From positions 32,001 to 96,000 of IMG/VR virus record IMGVR_UViG_3300009671_000009: a stretch of DNA of 64,000 nt; one strand, 5' to 3'. The position numbers and the translations under genes were made by a program. Numbering within the stretch: position 1 is the first letter of the stretch; every line of letters starts with the position of its first letter. A model generated the notes under the pieces. The model was not told where the DNA came from. It ran no database searches and worked only from the letters and a program-made list of their open reading frames with translations. This stretch comes from a virus. Its lineage: Duplodnaviria; Caudoviricetes. This document shows, one piece after another, positions 46,735 through 55,713 of the stretch.

Positions 46735-47037
46735 ATGAAACTTTCATGTATGTTAGGACTCCATGACTGGGAAAGATCAAGTATTACATATCATGGCAAT
46801 GTTATTGTAGGAATCTATGGCCAAGTCAAAAGAGTTCCAGGACAAACCTATACTGAAAAATGCACTAAGTGCGGAGCAGAACGAGGAGTCGTTGCTACGC
46901 TTTCTGAAAGGCAATACTTTTCTGCTGACTTTATTAAAAGTCAGATAGCTGATTATGAAGAGACCCAAGATAGTAGCAAACCTATGAAACTTGGAAAGAA
47001 AAATTTAAGCGAAGTAATGAGCAAAATTAAATCTTAA
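46735..47037 (+). CDS. hypothetical zinc-ribbon protein
   Basis: CMLGLHDW...CTKCG. Confidence 0.6.
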   Translation: MKLSCMLGLHDWERSSITYHGNVIVGIYGQVKRVPGQTYTEKCTKCGAERGVVATLSERQYFSADFIKSQIADYEETQDSSKPMKLGKKNLSEVMSKIKS

Positions 47038-47053
47038 GAGGAAGGTTGCCAGA

Positions 47054-47659
47054 GTGAAAGAACGATTACCAAAACCTTATTTGATACTAATATTTGTATG
47101 TGTCCTTGTTGCAATACTTGGCATTCATAGACTGTGCGACTCCACTTTCAGAGACGAATTGTCTACCTTTGCTGAGCCTACAACAATTCATAATTATGAA
47201 TATAAGATGTACTCATGTAAGCGATTGTTACATTGGTGGTCTAGAAGGCTGTCCTCTGAACAGATTGCAAACATTAAAACACAACTATCCTTATTAAGAG
47301 AACAATATATCACCAATAAGATAGACGAAATCAATTCAGAACTTGCAAAAACCGACAGAAGTGATTACTCTATTGACTATGACCTTGAACAGCTCAAAGA
47401 ATTCTTAGTGGAAAACAATGTTCGAGACAGTAGAGTCAATTCTCTGGAAAACAAAATTTTATCTGTACGAAAAGAAGAACGTAGCAATGAGGGAGTTAGA
47501 ATCGGCATGACTAAGGAAGAGGTGCTGATGTCTAACTGGGGCATACCCTACGATATAAATAAAACCGTAACGAGATACGGCGTACATGAACAATGGTGCT
47601 ATCGCGGGTATAATTATTTATACTTTGAAAATGGAATCCTTGTTACTGTACAAAATTAA
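47054..47659 (+). CDS. membrane-anchored protein with SmpA/OmlA-like C-terminal domain
   Basis: IGMTKEEVL..WGIP..EQWCY..YLYFENGIL. Confidence 0.65.
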   Translation: MKERLPKPYLILIFVCVLVAILGIHRLCDSTFRDELSTFAEPTTIHNYEYKMYSCKRLLHWWSRRLSSEQIANIKTQLSLLREQYITNKIDEINSELAKTDRSDYSIDYDLEQLKEFLVENNVRDSRVNSLENKILSVRKEERSNEGVRIGMTKEEVLMSNWGIPYDINKTVTRYGVHEQWCYRGYNYLYFENGILVTVQN

Positions 47660-47662
47660 TAT

Positions 47663-47757
47663 GGAGCAGTGACCGAGTTCGGCTGAAGGTAACAGTTTGC
47701 TAAGCTGTAGGGTGAAATTAAGTAGCTCCGTAGGTTCGAATCCTACCTGCTCCGCCA
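47663..47757 (+). tRNA. tRNA-Ser(GCT)
   Basis: ACAGT-TTGCTAA-GCTGT, long variable arm, CCA. Confidence 0.88.
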
Positions 47758-47796
47758 CTATATAAAAGATGAAGTTTGACATAGAGCGTGAATATA

Positions 47797-47870
47797 AGAC
47801 GTGGAGCCAGTAGGACGGGCGTTAGTCTGCAAAACTAATTAAATGGGATCGTTACCCATCACGTCTTCCA
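47797..47870 (+). tRNA. tRNA-Cys(GCA)
   Basis: TTAGT-CTGCAAA-ACTAA, U73, CCA; atypical T-loop. Confidence 0.8.
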
Positions 47871-47894
47871 AAATTAAGAATAAGGTGGTAATCC

Positions 47895-48302
47895 TTGTCG
47901 TATAAGTATAAAAAGATAAGCGTTAATGGACGTAAGGTTGATGAGCATTGTTATGTAATGGAACAGAAGCTCGGAAGAAAGCTAGAGCGCTGGGAAATTG
48001 TACACCACAAGGACGAAGACAAGCTCAACAACGATCCAGATAATCTGGAGATAAAAATTAAACACACCAAATTTCATTACGATAAGGGCGATTTGCATAG
48101 ACTCACCAAAGAAGACAGGGCGAAAGCAAATGATCCAAAAGGATCAGAAAAATGCAATGCCAAGCTAAGCGAGCAACAAGTTGCATACATTAAACGAAGA
48201 ATAAGCAACGGAGAAGGAGTTCGAGCCTTGGCAAGAGAATATAACGTACACCATACACTTATATCTCAAATTAAAAGGGGCATACTTTATAAACATGTCT
48301 AA
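47895..48302 (+). CDS. HNH endonuclease (paralog of 5199..5615)
   Basis: VMEQKLGRKLERWEIVHHKDEDKLNND. Confidence 0.8.
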   Translation: MSYKYKKISVNGRKVDEHCYVMEQKLGRKLERWEIVHHKDEDKLNNDPDNLEIKIKHTKFHYDKGDLHRLTKEDRAKANDPKGSEKCNAKLSEQQVAYIKRRISNGEGVRALAREYNVHHTLISQIKRGILYKHV

Positions 48303-48655
48303 AAGAAGGTGATTGCTATAGGTATTCATCGTAATTGCAAGCAATGCCAAATAGAATTCCTGTTTCGGGCTGCAGAACAAGCTCTAAATAATAATCAGCA
48401 AGATATGTATGCCTTCGCAATGAAGATGATTTATAAAATTGAAGGCAAGCTCGCAGAGTGGGACAAAGGAAGTGACTGCTGTGAGAACAGCAATCCAATA
48501 CATTAAAGAGAATAACATAGAGAGTATCGATGTTACTGATCCTCAAACTATGGCAATATGTTCAAGGTGTGGACGGTTTTCTGCCCTACACCAAACTTTT
48601 GTAGACAACCAAGGAACTTTCTATTGCTCCATATGCGCAAAGGAGGTTAATTCAA

Positions 48656-49045
48656 ATGTCAAGACTACCGCTTAATTGCTTAGACGTAATTGATAGAGAG
48701 TTGCGCTTACTAAAGCCTGTAACTATGCTCGAAGGTACTAAACTTTATGTAGAATTAATCAATGGGTTTGAGCTATTCAACACAACCCACTATCATAATT
48801 ATGAAACATTCTCAGATGGATGGAGAATCACAGACGGTAAAATTGCGGCTGAAGGAGAAGATCTGCTAGACGCAGTTAGGGCATTCCGCGAAAAGTTTCT
48901 AAAAGAAAAAGACAATCCTCCAGTGTTGGTATCTGTTACAATAGGAGACACTACCATCAAAGATATGGAGATAGAAGAAGCAAGATTGCTGGCAAGAATC
49001 TTGCGGAAGAACAATATTCAGTGCGAATTCGGAAAGCAGCAGTAA
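48656..49045 (+). CDS. hypothetical protein
   Basis: SD AAGGAGGT. Confidence 0.6.
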   Translation: MSRLPLNCLDVIDRELRLLKPVTMLEGTKLYVELINGFELFNTTHYHNYETFSDGWRITDGKIAAEGEDLLDAVRAFREKFLKEKDNPPVLVSVTIGDTTIKDMEIEEARLLARILRKNNIQCEFGKQQ

Positions 49046-49046
49046 C

Positions 49047-49304
49047 ATGATATTCGACTTTAATCAATTAGATACTGAGATGTGCATAATCAGTTTGCAG
49101 ATTGGCAACACAATAACACAACAAATAGAAATGCCTACAGTGTTTGCCCAATCACATTTTATGCAGCTTATTGTGCAACTCAGACAGGATCCAAGACCAA
49201 TGAAAGTGGTGTGTACCAAAGAAGAGTACACAAGAAATGGGAGAAGGTTAATAAATAGCCTAGCATTTGAGAACAAGGCATTTGTAGATTCGAACGGGAA
49301 GTGA
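49047..49304 (+). CDS. hypothetical protein
   Basis: tightly packed ORF. Confidence 0.55.
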   Translation: MIFDFNQLDTEMCIISLQIGNTITQQIEMPTVFAQSHFMQLIVQLRQDPRPMKVVCTKEEYTRNGRRLINSLAFENKAFVDSNGK

Positions 49305-49660
49305 TTAAGATGTTCAAAGCATGGGTTGACGATTGCAGACTAGCACCATTTGGGTGGATACATCTACCTAATTACAATATGACTATAAAGTTTATGATGA
49401 GAACTAAAGGCAATGTATCAGTCTTATCTCTTGATCACGATCTGGGCGAAAAGAAAACAGGCTATGACATTTTGTTATGGATGATCGATAATAATTGGTG
49501 GCCTGCCGATGAGATTAGGATACATACTGCTAACCCTGTTGGAAGAGACAACATGACCTATGCAATTAACAGGCACAGTCCATTTGTTATGAAAAGATTT
49601 GTTGAGTTCGATGAACACGGTAACGCGTTTTGGCGTTCCGTTAGAAAGGAAGCGGTCTAA
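49301..49660 (+). CDS. cyclic-phosphate-processing receiver-like domain protein
   Basis: WVDDCRLAP..SLDHDLG..TGYD..IHTANPVG. Confidence 0.7.
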   Translation: MIKMFKAWVDDCRLAPFGWIHLPNYNMTIKFMMRTKGNVSVLSLDHDLGEKKTGYDILLWMIDNNWWPADEIRIHTANPVGRDNMTYAINRHSPFVMKRFVEFDEHGNAFWRSVRKEAV

Positions 49661-50007
49661 TGGCCAAGCTTGCAAGAATAGAATACAGAGATGATACTTT
49701 TGTAAATGCTACATATCTACTGGATATTCCAAAAGATATTCCGTGGAAACTTGTAGCAACAATCGTTAATCCTATTTATGATTTTGATACACTTCCAAGA
49801 AAACTCAATGGAATGGTAAACGAACATGAGCTATCGTGGTTTGTGAATGATATCCGACGAGTGTATGTAGGGGTGTCTAACATAACAGAAGAAGGAGCTA
49901 GGCTTCCAACCACAGCCTTAACACTACAGAGAATATTCGACACTATCTGTGATAAGTTTTCTGAATTTCACAAACTGTATTTGGTTTGTGAGAAAGCATT
50001 CAAATAA
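49660..50007 (+). CDS. hypothetical protein
   Basis: overlapping TAATG stop/start. Confidence 0.55.
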   Translation: MAKLARIEYRDDTFVNATYLLDIPKDIPWKLVATIVNPIYDFDTLPRKLNGMVNEHELSWFVNDIRRVYVGVSNITEEGARLPTTALTLQRIFDTICDKFSEFHKLYLVCEKAFK

Positions 50008-50008
50008 T

Positions 50009-50135
50009 GGGGTAGATCTAGGATTCGATGGGGTTCGGTGACTGCGTGTAGATGAAAAATGCCCTTGGAGAAAACATCGATAGTAGCCATGTAGCTGGAC
50101 TTTAGACTGGGGTTCGACTCCCCACTACTCCACCA
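50009..50135 (+). ncRNA. ssrA: miniature tmRNA-like RNA (tRNA-Ala-like domain, ~40-nt internal loop)
   Basis: 5' GGGGTAGATCTAGGATTCGATGGGG, 3' AGACTGGGGTTCGACTCCCCACTACTCCACCA; G3:U70 pair, A73, helix-2 pairing. Confidence 0.75.
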
Positions 50136-50152
50136 AATAATAGGAGTTCAAT

Positions 50153-50365
50153 ATGTACGAATATACTATAACTATATCTTTAACTCTCACTCTTCCAGAC
50201 AACCCCACATTTGAAGACATCAGTAGAGCAGTTGAAGGCGATCCAGATAATGCCAGATATAAAATTTTTGAAAACTCAACGGAGAATACAAAGGTTGGAA
50301 GAGCAGAAACTCCAAACCCTTATTATAGGAACAAATCGGAATGTAGCCCAACGGCAGAGGCATAG
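50153..50365 (+). CDS. hypothetical protein (runs into tRNA-Leu)
   Basis: SD AGGAG. Confidence 0.45.
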   Translation: MYEYTITISLTLTLPDNPTFEDISRAVEGDPDNARYKIFENSTENTKVGRAETPNPYYRNKSECSPTAEA

Positions 50366-50412
50366 AGCTTAAGCCTCTAAAAGTGTGAGTTCGAATCTCA
50401 CTATTCCGACCA
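50337..50412 (+). tRNA. tRNA-Leu(TAA), short variable loop
   Basis: TAGAG-CTTAAGC-CTCTA, A73, CCA. Confidence 0.75.
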
Positions 50413-50420
50413 TAATATTT

Positions 50421-50456
50421 AGGCAAGCGTGAGTTCAAATCTCACTCCGCCTACCA
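50421..50456 (+). pseudogene. tRNA 3'-half remnant (T-arm + acceptor + CCA)
   Basis: GTGAG-TTCAAAT-CTCAC-TCCGCCT-ACCA with no D or anticodon arm. Confidence 0.55.
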
Positions 50457-50457
50457 T

Positions 50458-50532
50458 GGGCCGATAGCTGAGATGGATTAGCGCCTGCCTGAAGAGCAGG
50501 AGAGGTCGGTTCAATTCCGACTTGGCCCACCA
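50458..50532 (+). tRNA. tRNA-Phe(GAA)
   Basis: CCTGC-CTGAAGA-GCAGG, CCA. Confidence 0.9.
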
Positions 50533-50627
50533 TCTATGGAGATGATTTATTATTATTTGTGCAATTTGATTTTCGTTTTGACCATTGGTACGATGGTTCT
50601 AAATGTCCTGGATTTAAGGAGAAAAAA

Positions 50628-51023
50628 ATGCCAACAAAACAAGTTATTGTTATTAGAAAAGATTTAAATATGCGTAAGGGCAAAATCGCATCTCAGGCAG
50701 CACATGCTTCTATCAAAGTTTTCTTTGATAGAATGGAAAAAGCTCCTTGGGTTTTTCCCGAGCCTTGCTATCTAACAGTAGTTACCGAAGCAATGGCAGA
50801 ATGGATAAATGGATTATTCACTAAGATTTGCGTTTATGTAGAATCAGAAGAAGAACTATTGAATCTTTATAACAAAGCCAAAGAATCAGGAATTCCTTGT
50901 TCTTTAATTCAAGACGCAGGTCTTACCGAATTTGGAGGAGTTCCTACTTATACTTGTATCGCAGTAGGCCCAGACTATAATGAACGAGTAGATGAAATAA
51001 CAGGAGGTTTACCGCTCTTATGA
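50628..51023 (+). CDS. pth2: peptidyl-tRNA hydrolase Pth2
   Basis: [52 protein letters not shown]. Confidence 0.92.
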   Translation: MPTKQVIVIRKDLNMRKGKIASQAAHASIKVFFDRMEKAPWVFPEPCYLTVVTEAMAEWINGLFTKICVYVESEEELLNLYNKAKESGIPCSLIQDAGLTEFGGVPTYTCIAVGPDYNERVDEITGGLPLL

Positions 51024-51628
51024 ACTTAGTCCCGATGGTAGTTGAACAGAAAGGTCAAGGAGAACGTGCCTATGATATCTTCTCCAGGTTATTAAAAGAT
51101 CGAATTGTATTTATTAACGGCCCAATCTCTATCCAAATGAGCGACTTAATTGTAGCTCAGTTATTATTTCTTGATTCGGAAGAACAAGGGAAGCCTATTA
51201 ATGTATACATTAACTCCCCAGGCGGGGAGATTGTAGGTGGCATGGCGATTCATGACACAATGAAACTGGTAAAGTCGCCAGTTCATACAACCTGCCTAGG
51301 ACTAGCTGCATCCATGGGCGCATTTCTTTTAGCTTCAGGCGACAAAAGATTTGCAACTCCCAATGCAGAAATAATGATACATCAACCAAGTGGTGGCGCT
51401 GAGGGCCAAGCATCTGACATTCTCATTTCAGCCAAGCACATTCTTCAAAACAAAGAAAAGCTGAACAAACTATTATCAGATTATACAAATCAACCACTTG
51501 GACAAATAGAGCGCGACGTTGAGAGAGACTACTGGTTAACACCAGAGGAAGCAAAAGAGTACGGAATTATCGATGAAATTTTAATTCCTCAACCGAAGAT
51601 AGATTATAGAAAGTTTCAAATAAAATAA
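51020..51628 (+). CDS. clpP: ClpP protease (copy 2)
   Basis: [30 protein letters not shown]. Confidence 0.93.
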   Translation: MNLVPMVVEQKGQGERAYDIFSRLLKDRIVFINGPISIQMSDLIVAQLLFLDSEEQGKPINVYINSPGGEIVGGMAIHDTMKLVKSPVHTTCLGLAASMGAFLLASGDKRFATPNAEIMIHQPSGGAEGQASDILISAKHILQNKEKLNKLLSDYTNQPLGQIERDVERDYWLTPEEAKEYGIIDEILIPQPKIDYRKFQIK

Positions 51629-51629
51629 T

Positions 51630-51706
51630 GGGAGCGTAGCCCAGAGGCAGGAGGCAAATGTCTTAGAAGCATTTCAGGGTGAGTTCGAATCTCGCCGCTC
51701 CCACCA
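51630..51706 (+). tRNA. tRNA-Leu(TAG), short variable loop
   Basis: AATGT-CTTAGAA-GCATT, A73, CCA. Confidence 0.8.
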
Positions 51707-51721
51707 TTATATCATCTAAAG

Positions 51722-52200
51722 GTGATTACAACGAGAATAAAATATACAAAAGATATATTAGATAGACTAGCAGCTGAATGTACGTCTATGAGACAACTAT
51801 TAACAAAACTAGGTCTTGCATTCACTGGTGGAAACTACTCTCATCTTAAAAAGAGATTAGCCCATTTCAATGTAGATATATCACATTTTAAAGGACAGTC
51901 TTGGGCTAAAGGATTGCCTGGTAAGAAGGGTAAACCTTCTGATTATTTAATTTACGGTAAGGAAGTAAAGTCATCCAGGATTAAATAATATCTTATAAGA
52001 GACGGATTGAAAGAACACAAATGCGAGTCTTGCAACTTGTCTGATTGGTTAGGCAAACCTATACCTCTAGAACTTCACCACATTGATGGAGATAGAAAAA
52101 ATAATTGTATTGATAATTTACAACTTCTTTGCTTGAATTACCACGGACTGACAAACAATTATTCTGGAAAAGCCAATAAAAAGCCAGTTAAACATTGGGA
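51722..52200 (+). pseudogene. HNH endonuclease interrupted by in-frame TAA
   Basis: TAA at 51986-51988; frame continues YLIRDGLKEHKCESC..LELHHIDGDRKNN. Confidence 0.65.
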
Positions 52201-52413
52201 GATTGTTATGACCAACCTGGAAACTATCATGCAAAATAAAGGACTCGTAGAGACCGCAGTATTTAAGTATCTTGAAACAGAATACTGTCCTAAAGATTTT
52301 GGACTCATGGGAAACCCGAGTACATGTATGGGAAAATGTATTCCGTGTTGGCTAAAAGCTTTAGAATTAAAAGAATACCCCGAGGATAATTATAAACCAA
52401 AGAGGTGACAATC

Positions 52414-52701
52414 ATGCAAGAGCTGAATATAATCATAAGAAATGAGTTCACACCACAAGAAATGGATCTTATACATCATTTGTTTGGCGATGAGCCCGTG
52501 GTTTTTCTTGATGAGAAAGCTGATATGTATGATTGTTTAATCATGCTAGGGGTCTTCCCGTCTAAAGGCGAAGCGCGGAAGAACTGGAAACGTACTGGGA
52601 AAGAAATAACTCCAGGCTACAATGAGTTCCGTGGCATAGGCAAATCAAAGAAGGCCCTCTTTATATGGAATCCAGTAGATACACGAGGTGTGGCGCAATG
52701 A
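52414..52701 (+). CDS. hypothetical protein
   Basis: ORF with GAGGTG SD. Confidence 0.55.
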   Translation: MQELNIIIRNEFTPQEMDLIHHLFGDEPVVFLDEKADMYDCLIMLGVFPSKGEARKNWKRTGKEITPGYNEFRGIGKSKKALFIWNPVDTRGVAQ

Positions 52702-53231
52702 GCACAAAACGTTATAATTGCTGGGACAATCCCGATAACAGACAAACAAAAGTATTGGAAATCTTATCCAAACGTACAGGAGTAGACACTACGACTGTAC
52801 ATAAAGTACTACGAGCTCACCATGACTACTATATGGATGAGATTGAAAGAGTTCTTGGTAATAACAACTACGGAGACGTACATGAAAACAATTGATGTTT
52901 TGCATATCACACCAGAAGAATATCAAAAATATCTTCAAGTAGAGAAAGAACGTGCCGAATATAAATTCTGGCACGATCAACTAAAATATCAGGACGATCA
53001 GTTTATAATTGCGCTTAAGAAAATACACTCCTATGATGGCGACAGTGAAGATGCTCTAAAACTAAAAGAAATTGCCGCAAAAGTTCTGTGGGATACTATA
53101 TGGGGTTTATACTAAGGAGAATGCGATAATGTTCTGGATAGGTTTAGTTATAGGAATTATAGTCGCTCTGTTGGCAGTTGCAATTGTCATTGTTAAGGCA
53201 TTCAGTGGCAGTATAAGATGGTAACATATAT

Positions 53232-53280
53232 GGGAGTATAGCAGAACGGCATATGCGCCAGCTTGAGATGCCCTGGACTA
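53232..53280 (+). pseudogene. degenerate tRNA 5'-half (Leu-like)
   Basis: GGGAGTATAGCAGAACGGCATATGCGCCAGCTTGAGATG; no T-arm. Confidence 0.4.
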
Positions 53281-53483
53281 CTTCGGTCTACTTACAGAAG
53301 AAGATAGGCATTCGGCTTTGAATGATGTTGTGGCCACCGCAAATCTCTATTCTAAACTAATAGATCTAAGCTTAGGAGAAACATGAGTATAGCATTATTA
53401 AAAATAATAGGTATATCAACTATGACACTTGGAGTCATACTATTAGTAATCGGCGCAATAAAATTAAGCAAGGTGTAATAAGA

Positions 53484-53570
53484 CGGGTAGTGGTGGAATT
53501 GGCAGACTCGCAGCGTTGAGGGCGCTGTGTTCGCAAGGACGTGTGGGTTCAAGTCCCACCTACCCGACCA
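53484..53570 (+). tRNA. tRNA-Leu(GAG)
   Basis: CAGCG-TTGAGGG-CGCTG, long variable arm, CCA. Confidence 0.9.
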
Positions 53571-53605
53571 TATAAAAGTTTAGGAGCAAACTCCTAATTA
53601 AATCA

Positions 53606-53726
53606 GAGGAGGAGAATGCCATGAAATTGTAGATTGGCTATACTTAGGTATGTAGACCACCTCCCTAGTGATTTTAATTTGCTGTGTTAAACAAAAAATT
53701 AAAACTAAAGGGAGAAATGAATTATG
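53606..53726 (+). promoter_or_regulatory. candidate translational attenuator: leader ORF MKL*IGYT*VCRPPP** overlapping an SD-sequestering hairpin
   Basis: SD GAGGAGGAG, ATG 53621, in-frame TAG at 53630, 53645, 53666; CTCCCT/AGGGAG and TTTTAATTT/AAATTAAAA pairing covers the SD of ATG 53724. Confidence 0.55.
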
Positions 53727-54065
53727 TCTATAAAGAAAGAATTCAAAAACTACGTATCTGAACAAATTAAGTCAAACAATTCCTGGTTCGTTAGAGCCAA
53801 TGCTGCCCGCATCGAATCGATGTGTCGGGCTGCGATCAATAGATCATCCTATGGATTTCATTGTGATGACAAACAAGGTCAACCTTCAAACTATCTTGTA
53901 AAAGAAGGCAAGGTTATCTTCATTGAACAAAAGCCAAACACAGAGATTGGTGATGGATGCTGCCACCCGCTCTATCGCTCAATCTTCAACAGAGCTAATG
54001 ACATCATTACTGATGCCAAGAAAAGCTTTGTACCTTCTATGGCTTCGGAGGTAATCAACCAATGA
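53724..54065 (+). CDS. hypothetical protein
   Basis: 113 aa, translationally coupled (ATGA) to the next gene. Confidence 0.6.
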   Translation: MSIKKEFKNYVSEQIKSNNSWFVRANAARIESMCRAAINRSSYGFHCDDKQGQPSNYLVKEGKVIFIEQKPNTEIGDGCCHPLYRSIFNRANDIITDAKKSFVPSMASEVINQ

Positions 54066-54343
54066 AGTTATATGTACTAATCGATGAGCAGTATGATGCC
54101 AGCTATCGTGCAGTACAGGGTGCCCATGCGGTTGCGGAGTATTTGCTCCGCAATCCTGGGTCTTCCTGGCAAAATCACACACTGGTTTTTCTAAAGACTC
54201 CGTGTCTTGAAAGATGGACAGATCGTCTTCGTGAAAGCGATAAAGATTTTACATCGTTTGTAGAGCCAGATGTTGGTTACAAAATTACCGCCATCGCTTG
54301 TCTTGATGACGGGTAGATTTTTAGAAAGGTAAAACTAAATTAA
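54062..54343 (+). CDS. small Pth2-like protein (TAG at 54314 just before an expected C-terminal motif)
   Basis: KLYVLI..AVQGAHAVAE..F.EPD...ITAIA; after TAG the frame reads IFRKVKLN. Confidence 0.6.
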
Positions 54344-54512
54344 TGTCAGGACACTGGATAACATTAAGAAAACATCATAAAACATATCTAAGTAGCGAAA
54401 AAGATTATATATCTCCATTAATAGGAGTGATATTTGTAGCACTTATCTTGATCTTGCCATTCGTCATGGCAACATTTTTAGGTAAGTAACACGATTAATG
54501 TGATACAGTTTA

Positions 54513-54712
54513 TGGCGGCGGCGTGGATTGGACACGCAAGGAGAACAGCCCGAATTCCCCTGTGGTCAAGACTGTCAACTCCTAAAAGACGATGGCTACC
54601 TAGCCCGTAAGGGGGCTGCAATCAGCTTAATAGCGTTGATCACTACGTAATGTGGGCAAACTCGTCAATAAAAGGTTGGAATCCCTTAGCCAGAATCGAA
54701 GCTGACCCGCCA
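54513..54712 (+). ncRNA. 200-nt tRNA-like structured RNA
   Basis: TGGCGG/CCGCCA closing stem, D-like GCGTG-GATTGGA-CACGC, internal hairpins, T-loop-like motifs. Confidence 0.5.
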
Positions 54713-54737
54713 ATATTTATATTATGGAGGAAAGTAA

Positions 54738-54989
54738 ATGGTTATCTTAGGAAGTAAAGTGAAAGACACACTAACTGGATTCTCTGGTATTGCAACAGCA
54801 AGAACAGAGTGGCTCTATGGGTGTGCTAGAATTTCAATCGAGCCGACTGAGCTAAAAGACGGTAAACCCATCGAAGCCCAATGGTTTGATGAACAGCGCG
54901 TTGAGGTAATTAAAGAATTGGCTCCGACTGTCAGCAAAGATAGTAGCGCTACCAGTGGTGGGCCACAAAGAGATCCTCATTACCGATAA
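54738..54989 (+). CDS. hypothetical phage protein
   Basis: LGSKVKD..TGFSGIATAR..WFDE; SD GGAGG. Confidence 0.65.
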   Translation: MVILGSKVKDTLTGFSGIATARTEWLYGCARISIEPTELKDGKPIEAQWFDEQRVEVIKELAPTVSKDSSATSGGPQRDPHYR

Positions 54990-55007
54990 CAAAAAGGAGT
55001 GATTGAA

Positions 55008-55598
55008 ATGGGCGAGATGGCTGATTATTATTTATCAAGTGAAGATGAAAGTATCTACGATGAGCCTCCATATGCTGGTTCGTCAGGCCCTTGCCCAAGA
55101 GATCCCTCGCGGTCATTCCCTTTCTCTACCAGAGAAGAGCCTAGTCGTGCAAAACCAGATCCTCTGGCGCTGTTAAAACAATTAAGACCTATTGTTGTAG
55201 AATCTATAGACTACGCCCAACGTGAGGGTGGCAGTACAGCATACGAAGAGATGTTGTTAAAACAAATAGATACACTGATTCCAAGAAAGGAAGAAACCTT
55301 TCACTGTCCATGTGATTTCACAAAGAGGACAAAGCCCACTGGGGTAAGTGACAAGCAACGGTACGCCATCGAGGTAATTGAAGAGATTACTGGAGATGAA
55401 TTTGAAGGCACTACAAGCAAGGAAGCATGGCTCTTTATTAAAAAACACGAAGGAGCCTATACAGCATATAAAAAGAATAAGAAGTCACCAAGCTGTCGTC
55501 TGAATCGAGTGAGCACATTCGATATTGCAGAAGATCCTAGTGACGATGGTTGTTTTAATGATTACAACGATGATTATCATTTTGATGATATCTTTTAA
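55008..55598 (+). CDS. hypothetical protein
   Basis: SD AAGGAG; MGEMADYY. Confidence 0.6.
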   Translation: MGEMADYYLSSEDESIYDEPPYAGSSGPCPRDPSRSFPFSTREEPSRAKPDPLALLKQLRPIVVESIDYAQREGGSTAYEEMLLKQIDTLIPRKEETFHCPCDFTKRTKPTGVSDKQRYAIEVIEEITGDEFEGTTSKEAWLFIKKHEGAYTAYKKNKKSPSCRLNRVSTFDIAEDPSDDGCFNDYNDDYHFDDIF

Positions 55599-55673
55599 GG
55601 TCAAGTAGTTCAGTGGTAGAACGGAAGCCTCTAAAACTTCATGTCGTGGGTTCAATCCCCACCTTGACCACCA
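55599..55673 (+). tRNA. tRNA with CTA anticodon (amber suppressor-type)
   Basis: acceptor GGTCAAG/CTTGACC, D-arm, GAAGC-CTCTAAA-ACTTC, T-arm GTGGG-TTCAATC-CCCAC, A73, CCA. Confidence 0.8.
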
Positions 55674-55679
55674 AAACAT

Positions 55680-55713
55680 GTCAGAGTAGCTCAGTCGGTA
55701 AGAGCGGCAGACT
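55680..55713 (+). pseudogene. tRNA 5'-half truncated at the anticodon by the reverse-strand HNH gene
   Basis: GTCAGAGTAGCTCAGTCGGTAAGAGCGGCAGACT abuts the stop of the minus-strand ORF. Confidence 0.55.
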
